From contig JBLWFJ010000001.1 in the NCBI GenBank assembly GCA_048320885.1, positions 5,697,697-5,761,696 on the forward strand: 64,000 bases of DNA, written 5' to 3'. The DNA comes from Nannocystaceae bacterium ST9. GTDB lineage: Bacteria > Myxococcota_A > Polyangia > Nannocystales > Nannocystaceae. This document shows positions 26,035 to 36,400 of this stretch, one piece after another. The position numbers were made by a program, and so were the translations under genes. The stretch's first letter is position 1. Each line of letters starts with the position of its first letter. The notes under the pieces were generated by a model, which searched no databases, was not told the DNA's origin, and saw only the letters and a program-made list of their open reading frames with translations.

Positions 26035-27639
26035 TCAGCTTCGGACGAGCCGATCGAAGAGCGCTCGCTCGATCGCCTCGTCGCTCGGCTGCTCGGCGAC
26101 CGCGTCGACCCGCACGCCCATGTCGACCAGCGCGGCCGCGGTGACCGGGCCGATCGTCACGACCTGACTCGCGCTCACCCAGGCGCGGACCTCGGCGTCG
26201 TCGAAGCGCTCGGCCAGCGTCGCGAAGAAGTGCTTGGCCGTGCGGCCGCTGGCGAACACGATCGCGTCGAAGCCCTCGCCGCCCTCGTCGCTCGGGCGCA
26301 GCGACTCGAGCAACAATTCGGGCACGCGCGGGCGCAGGGTCGAGTAGCCGACGATCACGTCGAGCCGGCCCCCGGCCGCGCGCAAGGCCGCGGCGAGCGA
26401 ATCTCGACCTTCGTCGGCGCGGACTTGCAGCCAGCGGCGGTCGAGCAGTCGGTGACTCGCGAGCAGCTCGACCAGCCCCTCGGAGGTCGCGAGCGTGGGC
26501 ACGAGATCGGGCCGCAGTCCGCCGGCCAGGCAGGCTTGGAACGTCGCCGCACCGATCGCGATCACCTGCCGACCGGCGAGCGCTCGCACGTCGCGACCGA
26601 CGCGTGCGAGGCCCTCGAGCAGGGCCTCGGCGCCGCGCGGGCTCGACACGATCACGCCGGCGTAGTCGGCCAGATCCGCGAGCGCTCGCTCGAGCGCCTC
26701 GCGCTGGTCGGCCGGCGCCGGGCCGAACTCGAGGCAGGGCACGACCGCCACGTCGGCCCCGGCGGCGGCGAGGCGACGCGCGAGATCGGCCGAGCTCTCG
26801 GCGGCCCGGGTCACGACGATCCTCCGACCATGCAGCGGCCGCTGTTCGAGCCAGGCGATCTGCTCGCGCACGCGCACGACGTCGCCGACGACCATGACCG
26901 CGGGCGGGCGCAGGCCGGCGGCGGCGATCCGCTCGGCGATGTCGGCCAGGGTTCCGACCAGGGTCTGCTGGATCCCGCGGGTGCCCCAGCGGATCACGGC
27001 GGTCGGCGTGCTCGGGTCGCGACCGGCGGCGATCAGCTTGGCGGCGTTGGTCGCCGCGTTGCGGATCGACATCATCAGGACCAAGGTGCCCGCGCTGAGG
27101 GCCAGGTGGGTCCAGGCGACCGAGAGACCGGTCTTGTCGTAGGCCTCCCAGCCCGACACGAAGCTGACCGAGGGCGTGTGATCGCGGTGCGTGATCGGGA
27201 TCCCGGCCGACTCCGGGGCGGCGATCGGCGACGACACGCCGGGCACGAATTCGAAGGGCACGCCATGTTCGCGCAAGACGCTGGCCTCCTCGGCACCGCG
27301 TCCGAACATCATCGGATCGCCGCCCTTGAGCCGGACCACGTGGCGACCGGCCAAGCCGTGCTCGATCAGCAGCTCGTTGATCCGGGCCTGGTCCAGACGG
27401 ACGCCCTCGTGCGGGCCCTCGAGCCGCTGGACGATCTGCGCGTCCGGCCGGCAGTGGAGCAGGAGTGCAGGATTGACCAGGTAGTCGACGACGACCACGT
27501 CCGCGCGGGCGAGTCGATCACGACCGGCGAGGGTCAGCAATTCGGGATCCCAGGGCCCGGCACCGACGAGCGAGACGAGTCCGACCCTGCTGCGCGGTGG
27601 GGCAGTGTGGTCGTGAGGGGGGTCGAGCTCGGCGGGCAC
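26035..27639 (-). CDS. Bifunctional uroporphyrinogen-III C-methyltransferase (CobA/SUMT) / uroporphyrinogen-III synthase (HemD) fusion
   Basis: N-terminal half VGLVSLVGAGPWDPELLTLAGRDRLARADVVVVD...GGDPMMFGRG is the SUMT tetrapyrrole methylase. C-terminal half RRIVVTRAAESSADLARRLAAAGADVAVVPCLEF is HemD. GTG start at 27637-27639. The longer track ORF carries an unsupported N-terminal extension. Confidence 0.8.
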   Translation of the reverse strand: MPAELDPPHDHTAPPRSRVGLVSLVGAGPWDPELLTLAGRDRLARADVVVVDYLVNPALLLHCRPDAQIVQRLEGPHEGVRLDQARINELLIEHGLAGRHVVRLKGGDPMMFGRGAEEASVLREHGVPFEFVPGVSSPIAAPESAGIPITHRDHTPSVSFVSGWEAYDKTGLSVAWTHLALSAGTLVLMMSIRNAATNAAKLIAAGRDPSTPTAVIRWGTRGIQQTLVGTLADIAERIAAAGLRPPAVMVVGDVVRVREQIAWLEQRPLHGRRIVVTRAAESSADLARRLAAAGADVAVVPCLEFGPAPADQREALERALADLADYAGVIVSSPRGAEALLEGLARVGRDVRALAGRQVIAIGAATFQACLAGGLRPDLVPTLATSEGLVELLASHRLLDRRWLQVRADEGRDSLAAALRAAGGRLDVIVGYSTLRPRVPELLLESLRPSDEGGEGFDAIVFASGRTAKHFFATLAERFDDAEVRAWVSASQVVTIGPVTAAALVDMGVRVDAVAEQPSDEAIERALFDRLVRS

Positions 27640-27768
27640 GGGCGAAACATAGCCGGTGATTCGCCGAGTTCGGGAGTGGGACTCCGCGACCTGCGCAAAT
27701 CGCCCTCGTCGTCGAGGCCCCCAGTTGGCGAGGCAGGACGTGTATCGTCGTCCCGGCGGGCGAGCTCG

Positions 27769-30700
27769 ATGACCTTGCAGATCACGCTCGACGGCTACCG
27801 AACGACGCGACTGCTGCGAGGCTCGGGGAGCGCCCAGGTGTTCGAGGCGATCCGCGAGTTCGATCAGCGCAAGGTCGTCGCCAAGGTCTACGACCTCGAA
27901 GCCAACGAGGGGCTCGAAGCCCGCGTTCAGCACGAGTTCCGGCTGATCCACGGGCTGGTCGTCGAGGGCGTGGTTCGGGCGCTGGCGCTCGAGCGGGCCG
28001 GCAGCCGCCTGGTGCTGGTGCTCGACTGGTGCGAGGGCGTCAACCTCGAGGAGTACTGTGCCGGCCAGCCGCTCGCGATCGACGAGTTCTTCGCGATCGC
28101 GCTGCAGGTCACGCGGGCGCTGACCGACGTGCACGCCCAGCGGGTCATCCATCGCGATCTCAAGCCGACCAACCTGCTGATCGATCCCGAGACCAAGCGG
28201 GTGGCGATCGCCGACTTCGGGATCTCGGTCCTGCTCGAGAGCGAGCGCGAGCGGATCAACGATCCGCGCGTCGTCGAGGGCACGCTGCCTTATGTCTCAC
28301 CCGAGCAGACCGGTCGAACCGGCCGCGAGGTCGACTTTCGCAGCGACCTCTACTCGCTCGGCGTCACCTTCTACGAGCTCTTGACCGGTCGCCGACCCTT
28401 CGAGGCCGACACGCCGCTCGAGCTGATCCATGCCCACCTCGCGCGCCGGCCCGAGTCGCCGCAGTGGCTGCGGCCCGAGCTGCCCACGCCGCTCTCGGCC
28501 CTGGTCATGAAGCTGCTGGAGAAGGCGCCCGAGCGCCGCTACCAGTCGGCGGCCGGGCTGCATCAGGATCTGCTCGCGCTGCGGGCCGCGATCGTGCGCG
28601 GGGAGCCGCTCGATGGCTTCGTGCTCGCGCGCCACGACGTACCGAGCACCCTGCAGCTGCCGCATCGGCTCTACGGTCGAGTCCGCGAGACCGATCACCT
28701 GATCCGCGAGTTTCGCAAGGCGGCGCAGGGCAGCACGCGGCTGGTGGTGATCAGCGGGCCCTCGGGCATCGGCAAGACCGCGCTGCTCGAGCAGCTGGTC
28801 GAGCCAGTGCTCGGTCGGCGCGGCTACTTCGCGCGCGGTCGCTTCGAACGCGACGGCGTCGAGCAGCCCTTTACCGCGATCGTCGGTGCGTTGACCGAGC
28901 TGGCCGATCAGCTGCTGACCGAGAGCGACGAGCGGCTGGCTCGCTGGCAGGGTCTGTTGCACGAGCAGCTCGGCTCGCTGACCGCGGTGCTCAGCCGACT
29001 GGTCCCGAAGTTCGAAGCGGTCCTCGGGGCCGAGCCGGCCGCGCCCGAGATCGGCGTGTCCGAGGTTCGTCATCGCGTGTTGCTGGCCTGCCTGCGCCTG
29101 CTCGGGGCGGTCGCTCGGCCCGAGCATCCCTTGGTCCTGGCGATCGACGATCTTCAGTGGGCCGATCCCGGCAGCTGCGAGCTGCTCGAGACCGTGCTGG
29201 CCGAGCGCAACCTCGCCTTGCTGGTCGTCGGCACGCTCGGCGTGACCGACCCCGAGCTGCCGATCGTCAACTTGTTCGCGCGCCTCGATCAAGCCGAGCG
29301 CGAGCACGAGCTGCTCGAGCTCGGTCCGCTGACTCGGGCCGACGTCGCGGCGCTGGTCGCCGACGTGACCGCGCGCGGCGATCGTGACGACGAGAGCTTG
29401 GTCGATCTGCTGGTTCGCCGCGCCGGCGGCTCGCCGATGCTGACCCGCCAGCTGCTGATCCACCTCGCCGATCTCGGCCTGCTCTGGCCGAGCGCCGAGG
29501 GCTGGTCGTGGGATCCGGCGATGATCGAGACCGCCGGGATCCCCGAGGACAGCCTCGAGATGATGACGGCCAAGCTCGCCCGCTTGACCGAGCGCCCGCG
29601 CGAGCTGCTGACCATGGCCGCGGTGCTCGGCGAGCGCTTCGAGATCCAGCTGCTCGAGGAGCTGGCCGGCGCCGACATGGTCGCCGAAGGGCTCGGCGTG
29701 CTGCTCGAAGAGGGCCTGCTGACCTCGATCAGTCCGCGCCAGTTCGCGTTCAGTCACTCGCGCATCCGCGAGGCCGCCTACGTCGAGCTCGACCACACCC
29801 AGCTCCGCGAGCTCCACCTCGCGGTCGGCCAGCTCCGGCTCTCGCACCTCGGATTCGGCGATCTCGGCGAGCACATCTTCGATCTCGTCGACCACCTCGA
29901 TCGCGGCTACGGCCTGCTCCCGCTCGGTCCGACCCCCGGAGCCCGGCCGGATCGCCGGGCCGCGGTCGCGCTCGCCGACGTCGGCGACCTCGCCTACGAG
30001 CTGGCCGAGCTCAACGGCTTGGCCGGCTACAAGGCGCTCGACTCGGCCGCGGCCCACCTCGCGGTCCAGTACCTCGAGGTCGGCGTGGCCCTGCGCGAGC
30101 TGGTCTTGCCCTTCCCGGGCGTCGACGAGGTCGGCTACTCGCTGGCGCTCTCGCTCGAGCTCGGCTTGGCCCAGGCGCTCGTGCTCAGCGGCGAGATCGC
30201 GCGTGGTGACGCCTGCTTCGTCGCGTTGATGGGGCGCTCGCTGACCGAGGTCGATCGCGGCCGCGTGATCATCAAGCGCTACGAGATGCTCGCGGCCGCG
30301 GGCCGCTACGACGAGGCGATCGCGTTCGGACTCGGAGCGCTGCGCGAGCTCGGCGTCGACATCCCGCGTTCGCCGAGCAAGTTCGAGATCGGCGTGGCCT
30401 TGGTTCGAATGGCCGCGGTCTTGCGCCGGCTCGAGCTGGCCAGCCTGCACGAGCGACCCTGGGCCAAGCAGGCGCGTGCCCGCGTGACCATGGAGCTGCT
30501 CGCGGCGCTCTCGGCCACGGTCTACACCGCCGACGGCGGGCTCTTCGTGATCCTGGTCGAGCGTCAGCTCGCGACCTTCCTCGCCCACGGTCGACATCCG
30601 GTCGTGCCGATGGTGCTGGTTCAGGCCGGGTTGCTGCTCTCGGCCGGGCTCGAGCTGCGCGAGTTCGGGCGCGCGGTCGGTCAAGTCGGCGAGCTGATGG

Positions 30701-33381
30701 CCGAGCGCGAGGGCCAGACCTGTCCGCGCCAGCGCGTGGCGGTCATCGCCGCGTTCGCGCGGGTCTGGCTCGAGCCGAACCGCGAGATCATCCCCTTGGT
30801 GCGTCGCGCGACCGCGCTGGCGCTCGAGGCCGGCGACCTCGAATTCGCCGGCTACTCGCTGTCCTTGCAGGTCTCGCTCGAGCTGCTCGCCGGCTCGCAC
30901 CTGCGCGTGGTCGAGCAACAGATCGAGGCCGGTCAGCGCTGGCTGCAACGCTGGCAAGGTCACGATCCGGTCGGCGGCCTGACTCTGGTTCAGCGCTTCT
31001 GCAACTGCCTGGCCCGCGAGCCGCCGAGCGAGCGCGAGCTCGATCCGCTCGAGTGCGCCGCGCTGCTCGGCAAGGCCAGCGAGGCCTCGCGGCAGCACGC
31101 CCACCTGCTCACCGCGCTGACCTTGTTCGTGTTCGATCGCCGACGCGAGGCGCTCTCGCTGCTGCGAGCCAACGTCGACGCGCTCGAGCGCAGCCTGCTC
31201 GGCTCGTGGCACATCCCGGTCGGCGTGACGCTCCACGGCATGGCCCTGGCCGTCGAGTACCCGCGGATGGGTCGACGCGAGCGCTGGCTCGCGCTCGAGC
31301 GGCTGCGCCACGACGAGCGGCGGCTGCGAGGCTGGGCCGAGCAGGGCCCGGCCAACTTCGAACATCGCGCCAACTTGCTGGCCGCCGAGATCGCGGTGAT
31401 CGAGGGCGACTTTCGCCGGGCGCTCGAGCTGCTCGGTCGCGCCCGCCGGCAGGCCGCGGTCCAGCGCTGCATCCTGTTCGAGGCGCTGGCGCTCGAGCGC
31501 TGCGCCGAGCTCTGCCGCGATCACGGGCTCGACGATCTCGCCCTCGGCCCGCTGCGCGAGGCTCACGAGCGTTGGCACTACTGGGGTGCGTTCGCCAAGG
31601 TCGACGCGCTCGAGCGGCGCTGGCCCGAGCTGCGCGAGCGGGTCCGAGGCTCGCGCGAGCCCGGCGACCCCAGCAGTCACGGCGGGACCAGCACCTCGAC
31701 CAGCAGCCGTGCGCTCGACACCGCGACCCTGCTCAAGACCTCGCAGGCGATCGCCGAGGACATCCGGCTCGAGGAGGTCGTCGATCGCGTGCTGGCCAGC
31801 GCGCTCGAGAACGCGGGCGCCGAGCGAGGCGCGTTGATCCTGCCGATCCGGCGTGGGCTCGGGCTCGCGGCCCTGGTCTCGGCCGACGGCGTCTCGCACA
31901 GCTTTCTGCACCAGCCGCTGGCGCTCGAGCAGGCCGGCGAGCGGGTCCCGGTCTCGCTCGTCCACTGGGTCGAGCGGACCCGCGAGGCGCTGGTCATCGA
32001 CGACGCGAGCGCCGACCTGCGCTTCACCGCCGACAGCTACGTGCGCGTCGGTCGGGTGCGATCGGTGCTCTGCCTGCCGATCGTCAAGCACAGCCGCCTG
32101 GTCGGCCTGCTCTACCTCGAGAACCGGCTGAGCACCGGCAGCTTCACCGGCGAGCGGCTCGAGATCCTGCGCGTGCTGATGGCTCAGGCCGCGAGCGCGA
32201 TCGAGAACGCCCAGCTCTACGAGGCGCTGCGGACCAGCGAGGTCCGCTGGCGCTCGCTGGTCGAGGGCCTGCCCGACATCGTCGCGCTGATCGATCGCAA
32301 GGGTCAGATCGAGTTCATCAACCACGTCGACGACGACACCGCTCGCTCGCGGACGATCGGGTTCGCGGCCAACGAGTTCATCGGCGCCGAGTTTCGCGAC
32401 GAAGCCCGCGCGGCGATGGCCCGAGTCCTGCGCTTGGGCACGCTGGCCGAGTTCGACATGCTCGCGACCCTGCCGGGCAGCGAGCCGCGCTGGTACTCGA
32501 CCCGGCTCGCGCCGATCGTCGTCGATGGCCGAGTCGAGCGCGTGATCGTGGTCGCTACCGACGTGACCGAGCGCCGGCAGGCCGAGCTCGACAAGCGCCA
32601 GCTCGAGACCCAGCTGCGCCAGCAGCAGCGGCTCGAGTCGATCGGCACCTTGGCCAGCGGCGTGGCCCACGAGATCAACAACCCGGTCCAGGGCATCATG
32701 AACTACGCCGAGCTGATCGCCGAGACGCCCGGCGCGAGCGTCGAGATCCGCGAGTACGCCGGCGAGATCGATCGCGAGTCGCAGCGGGTCGCGACGATCG
32801 TCCGCAATCTGCTGGCGTTCTCGCGGCAAGAGGGCGAGCGAGGGGCTCGCGCGACCACGATCAAGGCCATCGTCGACGGCGCGCTATCGCTGATCCGCAC
32901 CGTGCTGCGCAAGGATCAGATCGGGCTCGACATCGGGTTCGCCGAGGACCTGCCCGAGCTGATCTGTCGCCCCCAGCAGATCCAGCAGGTGCTGATGAAC
33001 TTGGTCACCAACGCCCGCGACGCGCTCAACGCCCGCTTCGTCGGGTTCGACGAGCGCAAGCGCATCGAGATCCGTGCGAGCTCGTTCGTGCGCTTCGACC
33101 GAACCTGGATCCGCCTGAGCGTGTGCGATCGGGGCGGGGGAGTGCCCGAGCACGCCGTGCCGCACATCTTCGATCCCTTCTTCACGACCAAGGGGCGCGA
33201 TCAGGGCACCGGGTTGGGGTTGGCGGTCAGCCACGGGATCGTCACCGAGCACGGCGGCGAGCTGCGACTCGACAATCGACCCGGCGTGGGCGCCTGCTTC
33301 GACGTCGATCTGCCGGCGGACGGCTCGGGCATCGAGGCTCGCCCGCTCGAACCCAAGCGCGAGGAGGGCGAGGAGGCATGA
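27769..33381 (+). CDS. Giant multidomain sensor, paralog 1: Ser/Thr protein kinase - STAND/AAA ATPase - TPR-like helical region - GAF - PAS - histidine kinase (HisKA plus HATPase_c)
   Basis: Kinase motifs HRDLKPTN, DFG, and APE (SPE). P-loop GPSGIGKTALL. GAF region (CLPIVKHSRLVGLLYLEN). PAS region (WRSLVEGLPDIVALIDRKGQIEFINH). H-box SGVAHEINNP. N, G1 and G2 boxes (LVTNARDAL, DRGGGVPE, GTGLGLAVSHGIV). 1870 aa. The upstream part of the 2383-aa track ORF is antisense to cobA-hemD and was rejected. Confidence 0.85.
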   Translation: MTLQITLDGYRTTRLLRGSGSAQVFEAIREFDQRKVVAKVYDLEANEGLEARVQHEFRLIHGLVVEGVVRALALERAGSRLVLVLDWCEGVNLEEYCAGQPLAIDEFFAIALQVTRALTDVHAQRVIHRDLKPTNLLIDPETKRVAIADFGISVLLESERERINDPRVVEGTLPYVSPEQTGRTGREVDFRSDLYSLGVTFYELLTGRRPFEADTPLELIHAHLARRPESPQWLRPELPTPLSALVMKLLEKAPERRYQSAAGLHQDLLALRAAIVRGEPLDGFVLARHDVPSTLQLPHRLYGRVRETDHLIREFRKAAQGSTRLVVISGPSGIGKTALLEQLVEPVLGRRGYFARGRFERDGVEQPFTAIVGALTELADQLLTESDERLARWQGLLHEQLGSLTAVLSRLVPKFEAVLGAEPAAPEIGVSEVRHRVLLACLRLLGAVARPEHPLVLAIDDLQWADPGSCELLETVLAERNLALLVVGTLGVTDPELPIVNLFARLDQAEREHELLELGPLTRADVAALVADVTARGDRDDESLVDLLVRRAGGSPMLTRQLLIHLADLGLLWPSAEGWSWDPAMIETAGIPEDSLEMMTAKLARLTERPRELLTMAAVLGERFEIQLLEELAGADMVAEGLGVLLEEGLLTSISPRQFAFSHSRIREAAYVELDHTQLRELHLAVGQLRLSHLGFGDLGEHIFDLVDHLDRGYGLLPLGPTPGARPDRRAAVALADVGDLAYELAELNGLAGYKALDSAAAHLAVQYLEVGVALRELVLPFPGVDEVGYSLALSLELGLAQALVLSGEIARGDACFVALMGRSLTEVDRGRVIIKRYEMLAAAGRYDEAIAFGLGALRELGVDIPRSPSKFEIGVALVRMAAVLRRLELASLHERPWAKQARARVTMELLAALSATVYTADGGLFVILVERQLATFLAHGRHPVVPMVLVQAGLLLSAGLELREFGRAVGQVGELMAEREGQTCPRQRVAVIAAFARVWLEPNREIIPLVRRATALALEAGDLEFAGYSLSLQVSLELLAGSHLRVVEQQIEAGQRWLQRWQGHDPVGGLTLVQRFCNCLAREPPSERELDPLECAALLGKASEASRQHAHLLTALTLFVFDRRREALSLLRANVDALERSLLGSWHIPVGVTLHGMALAVEYPRMGRRERWLALERLRHDERRLRGWAEQGPANFEHRANLLAAEIAVIEGDFRRALELLGRARRQAAVQRCILFEALALERCAELCRDHGLDDLALGPLREAHERWHYWGAFAKVDALERRWPELRERVRGSREPGDPSSHGGTSTSTSSRALDTATLLKTSQAIAEDIRLEEVVDRVLASALENAGAERGALILPIRRGLGLAALVSADGVSHSFLHQPLALEQAGERVPVSLVHWVERTREALVIDDASADLRFTADSYVRVGRVRSVLCLPIVKHSRLVGLLYLENRLSTGSFTGERLEILRVLMAQAASAIENAQLYEALRTSEVRWRSLVEGLPDIVALIDRKGQIEFINHVDDDTARSRTIGFAANEFIGAEFRDEARAAMARVLRLGTLAEFDMLATLPGSEPRWYSTRLAPIVVDGRVERVIVVATDVTERRQAELDKRQLETQLRQQQRLESIGTLASGVAHEINNPVQGIMNYAELIAETPGASVEIREYAGEIDRESQRVATIVRNLLAFSRQEGERGARATTIKAIVDGALSLIRTVLRKDQIGLDIGFAEDLPELICRPQQIQQVLMNLVTNARDALNARFVGFDERKRIEIRASSFVRFDRTWIRLSVCDRGGGVPEHAVPHIFDPFFTTKGRDQGTGLGLAVSHGIVTEHGGELRLDNRPGVGACFDVDLPADGSGIEARPLEPKREEGEEA

Positions 33382-33478
33382 CTCGATCGAGCCATCGCTC
33401 GCGTGCGAGTCGCGGCCGAGCGTTCGCGCGCGATGATCCGCCCGGCCCGCTCGGATAGGATGAGAGGGCGCCCGCCCG

Positions 33479-36400
33479 ATGCCTCTGACCCTCGATGGAT
33501 ATCGGCTCTTGCGGAGCTTGCGAGCCACTCGCAACGCGCAGGTGATGCTGGCCGAGCGCGAGTCCGACGGCTTGCCGGTCGTCGTCAAGGCCTACGTCAT
33601 CGAAGGCCACCGGGGCATCGAGGCCCGCGTCGAGCACGAGTTCGCGTTGATCCGAGCGCTCGACTGCAAGGGCGTGGTTCGGGCGCTCGCGCTCGAGCGA
33701 TCCGGTGATCGCATGGTGCTGATCCTCGAGCGCCACGCCGGGGTCGACCTCGCACGCCACACCGAGGGCCGGCCGATGGCGATCCCCGAGTTCCTGCGCG
33801 TCGCTCGGGCGATCGCCGAGATCCTCGCCGAGGTCCACGTCCACTGGGTGATCCATCGCGACATCAAGCCGTCGAACATCCTGATCGACCCGGCGACCGG
33901 CGAGGTCGCGCTGGCCGACTTCGGGATCTCGGTGCTGCTCGAGAGCGAGCGGGCTCATCTCCACGACCCCGCGTTGATCGAGGGCACGCTGCCCTACGTC
34001 GCACCCGAGCAGACCGGCCGGACCGGGCACGAGGTCGACTTTCGCAGCGACCTCTACTCGCTCGGCGTCACGTTCTACGAGCTGCTCACCGGTCGGCGGC
34101 CCTTCGTCGCGAGCTCGCCGCTCGAGCTGATCCACGCCCACCTCGCGCGCCGACCCGACCCACCGGTCTGGCTGCGCCCCGAGCTGCCCAAGCCGCTCTC
34201 GGATCTCGTGCTCGAGCTGCTCGAGAAGGCGCCCGAGCGGCGCTACCAATCGGCGCGCGGGCTCGCGGCCGACCTCGCCGCGATCGCCGAGATGCTCGCG
34301 CGCGGCGAGCCGCTCGACGACTTCGAACTCGGGCGCTTCGACGTACCCAGCTCGATCCACCTGCCGCATCAGCTCTATGGCCGCGAGCGCGAGCTCGAGC
34401 TGCTCGGCGACGAATTTCGGGCGGCCGCGCTCGGTGGCCCGCGCCTGGTCGTGCTGCGTGGTCCGGCCGGGATCGGCAAGACCGCGCTGCTCGGCGAGCT
34501 GATCGAGCCGGTGCTCGGTCGCCGCGGCCACCTGATCCGCGGCAAGTTCGACGAGGGCGCCAAGCAGCCGCTCGAGGCGATCGTGCAAGCGCTCTCGGGG
34601 CTCGCCGATCAGCTGCTGACCAGCAGCGACGCCGAGCTGGCCGGTTGGCGTGCGCGTCTGCTCGCCTCGCTCGGGACCCTCGCCGAGGTCGTCCGCGAGC
34701 TGGTCCCGAAGTTCGACACCCTGCTCGGCGAGCTCGAGCCGGTCGCCGTCGAGTCCGAGCTCGGCGCGGCCGGCCTGCGCAACCGCATGTGGCTGGCGAT
34801 CGCCCGCGTGCTGGCGGTCGTGGCCCGGCCCGAGCATCCGCTGGTGCTCGCGCTCGACGATCTGCAGTGGGCGGACGTCGCCAGCGGCGAGCTCTTGGCC
34901 GGGTTGCTCACCGAGCCGGCTGCGGCGCTGTTGATCGTCGGGACCGCCCGGGCCGCGAGCGAGGTCGGCATCGTCGAAGAAGAGGTGCTCGCCGAGCTGC
35001 TCGAGCTGTGTCGAATCAACGCGGTTCCGACCCGGACCATCGAGATCGGCCCGCTCGGCAGCGAGTCGATGGCCGCGATGCTCTCGGTCATGCTCGGGCG
35101 CGAGCCGGGCGAGGTTCGCTCGCTGGTCGAGGTGCTCGGCCGCAAGACCGGCAACAACCCCTTCTTCGTCCAGCAGTTCCTGCTTCACCTGGTCGAGCGC
35201 GGGCTGCTCTGGGTCGAGGCGCAGGGCTGGTCGTGGGATCCGGCCGAGATCGAGGCCGCCGAGCTGCCGGCCGACAGCCTGGCGATGATGAGCACCAAGC
35301 TCGACGCGCTGCCCGACGAGCTGCGCGAGCTGGCGATGAGCGCGAGCGTGCTCGGGGTTCGCTTCGACGCCGAGTTGCTCGAGGCGGTGCTCGGCCGACC
35401 GATCGGCGCTCAGCTCCAGAAGCTGGCCGACGAGGGCTTGATCGCGCCGCGTGGTCGCGACTGGGTGTTCGGCCACGATCGGATCCGCGAGGCCGCCTAC
35501 GCGCACCTGAACGGCAAGCGCCGTCGCGAGCTGCACCTCGCGATCGGCAAGACCCTGCTCGGGCGGCAGGCCGAGCGCCCCGGCGTCGAGCCGGCCTGGC
35601 TCGAGATCGCCGAGCAGCTCGATCGCGGCCACGGCCTGGTCCCGCTGGTCGGCGAGGTCGACTCGCTCGAGGTTCGCGAGGCCCTGGCCAGCGTGTCGGC
35701 GGTCGCGATGCGGATCGACCAGGCCGAGCTGCACGTGCTGGCCGAGCTCAACGGTCGGGCCGGACTGCGGGCGCTGGCGACCGGAGCCCCGCGCAGTGCG
35801 GTCGGCCTGCTGCGCTTGGCCTCGGCGTTGCGCGAGGTCCCGGCCGGCGAATCATTCCAGATGCAGGCCAAGCTCCTGCCCGAGCACGCGCTGGCCGTCG
35901 AGATCGAGATCGGCCTGGGCGAGGCGCTGAGCCTGGTCGGCGAGTATGCGCTCGCCGATCGCTGCTATCGCGACCTGCTCGGGCGCCAGGACTCGCTCAC
36001 GCCGTCCGAGCTCGCGACCGTGGCGATCAAGCGCAACTGGCTCTTGCTGCTCAGCGGCGAGGGCGAGCAAGCGCTGCGCTCGGGCTGCGAGGTCCTGCGT
36101 CGGCTCGGGCTGGCGATCCCGGCTCGGATCACGCCGATGGCCGCCGCTCGGGCGGTGCTCGGCCTGCTCGTCGAGCTGCGCGCGAGTGGGCGCGAGCGCA
36201 TGCGTGGGCTGGCGCCGGTCGAGGATCCACGCGCGAGCGCGGCGATGGACGCCGGCCTGATGTTCGCGACCTCGGCCTACATCCACAGCCCCGAGCTCTT
36301 CGTGATCCTGATCGAGCGCCAGGTCGATCACCTGCTGCGCTACGGCGGGCACACCAGCGCGCCGCTGGTCCTGGCCAACGCCGGGCTGATCCTCGCCCAC

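Noticed and set aside
26230-27768. 5' portion of the 2383-aa plus-strand ORF
   Set aside because: In-frame upstream extension with no Met context. It is antisense to cobA-hemD, and the real gene starts at the ATG at 27769 (MTLQITLDGY).
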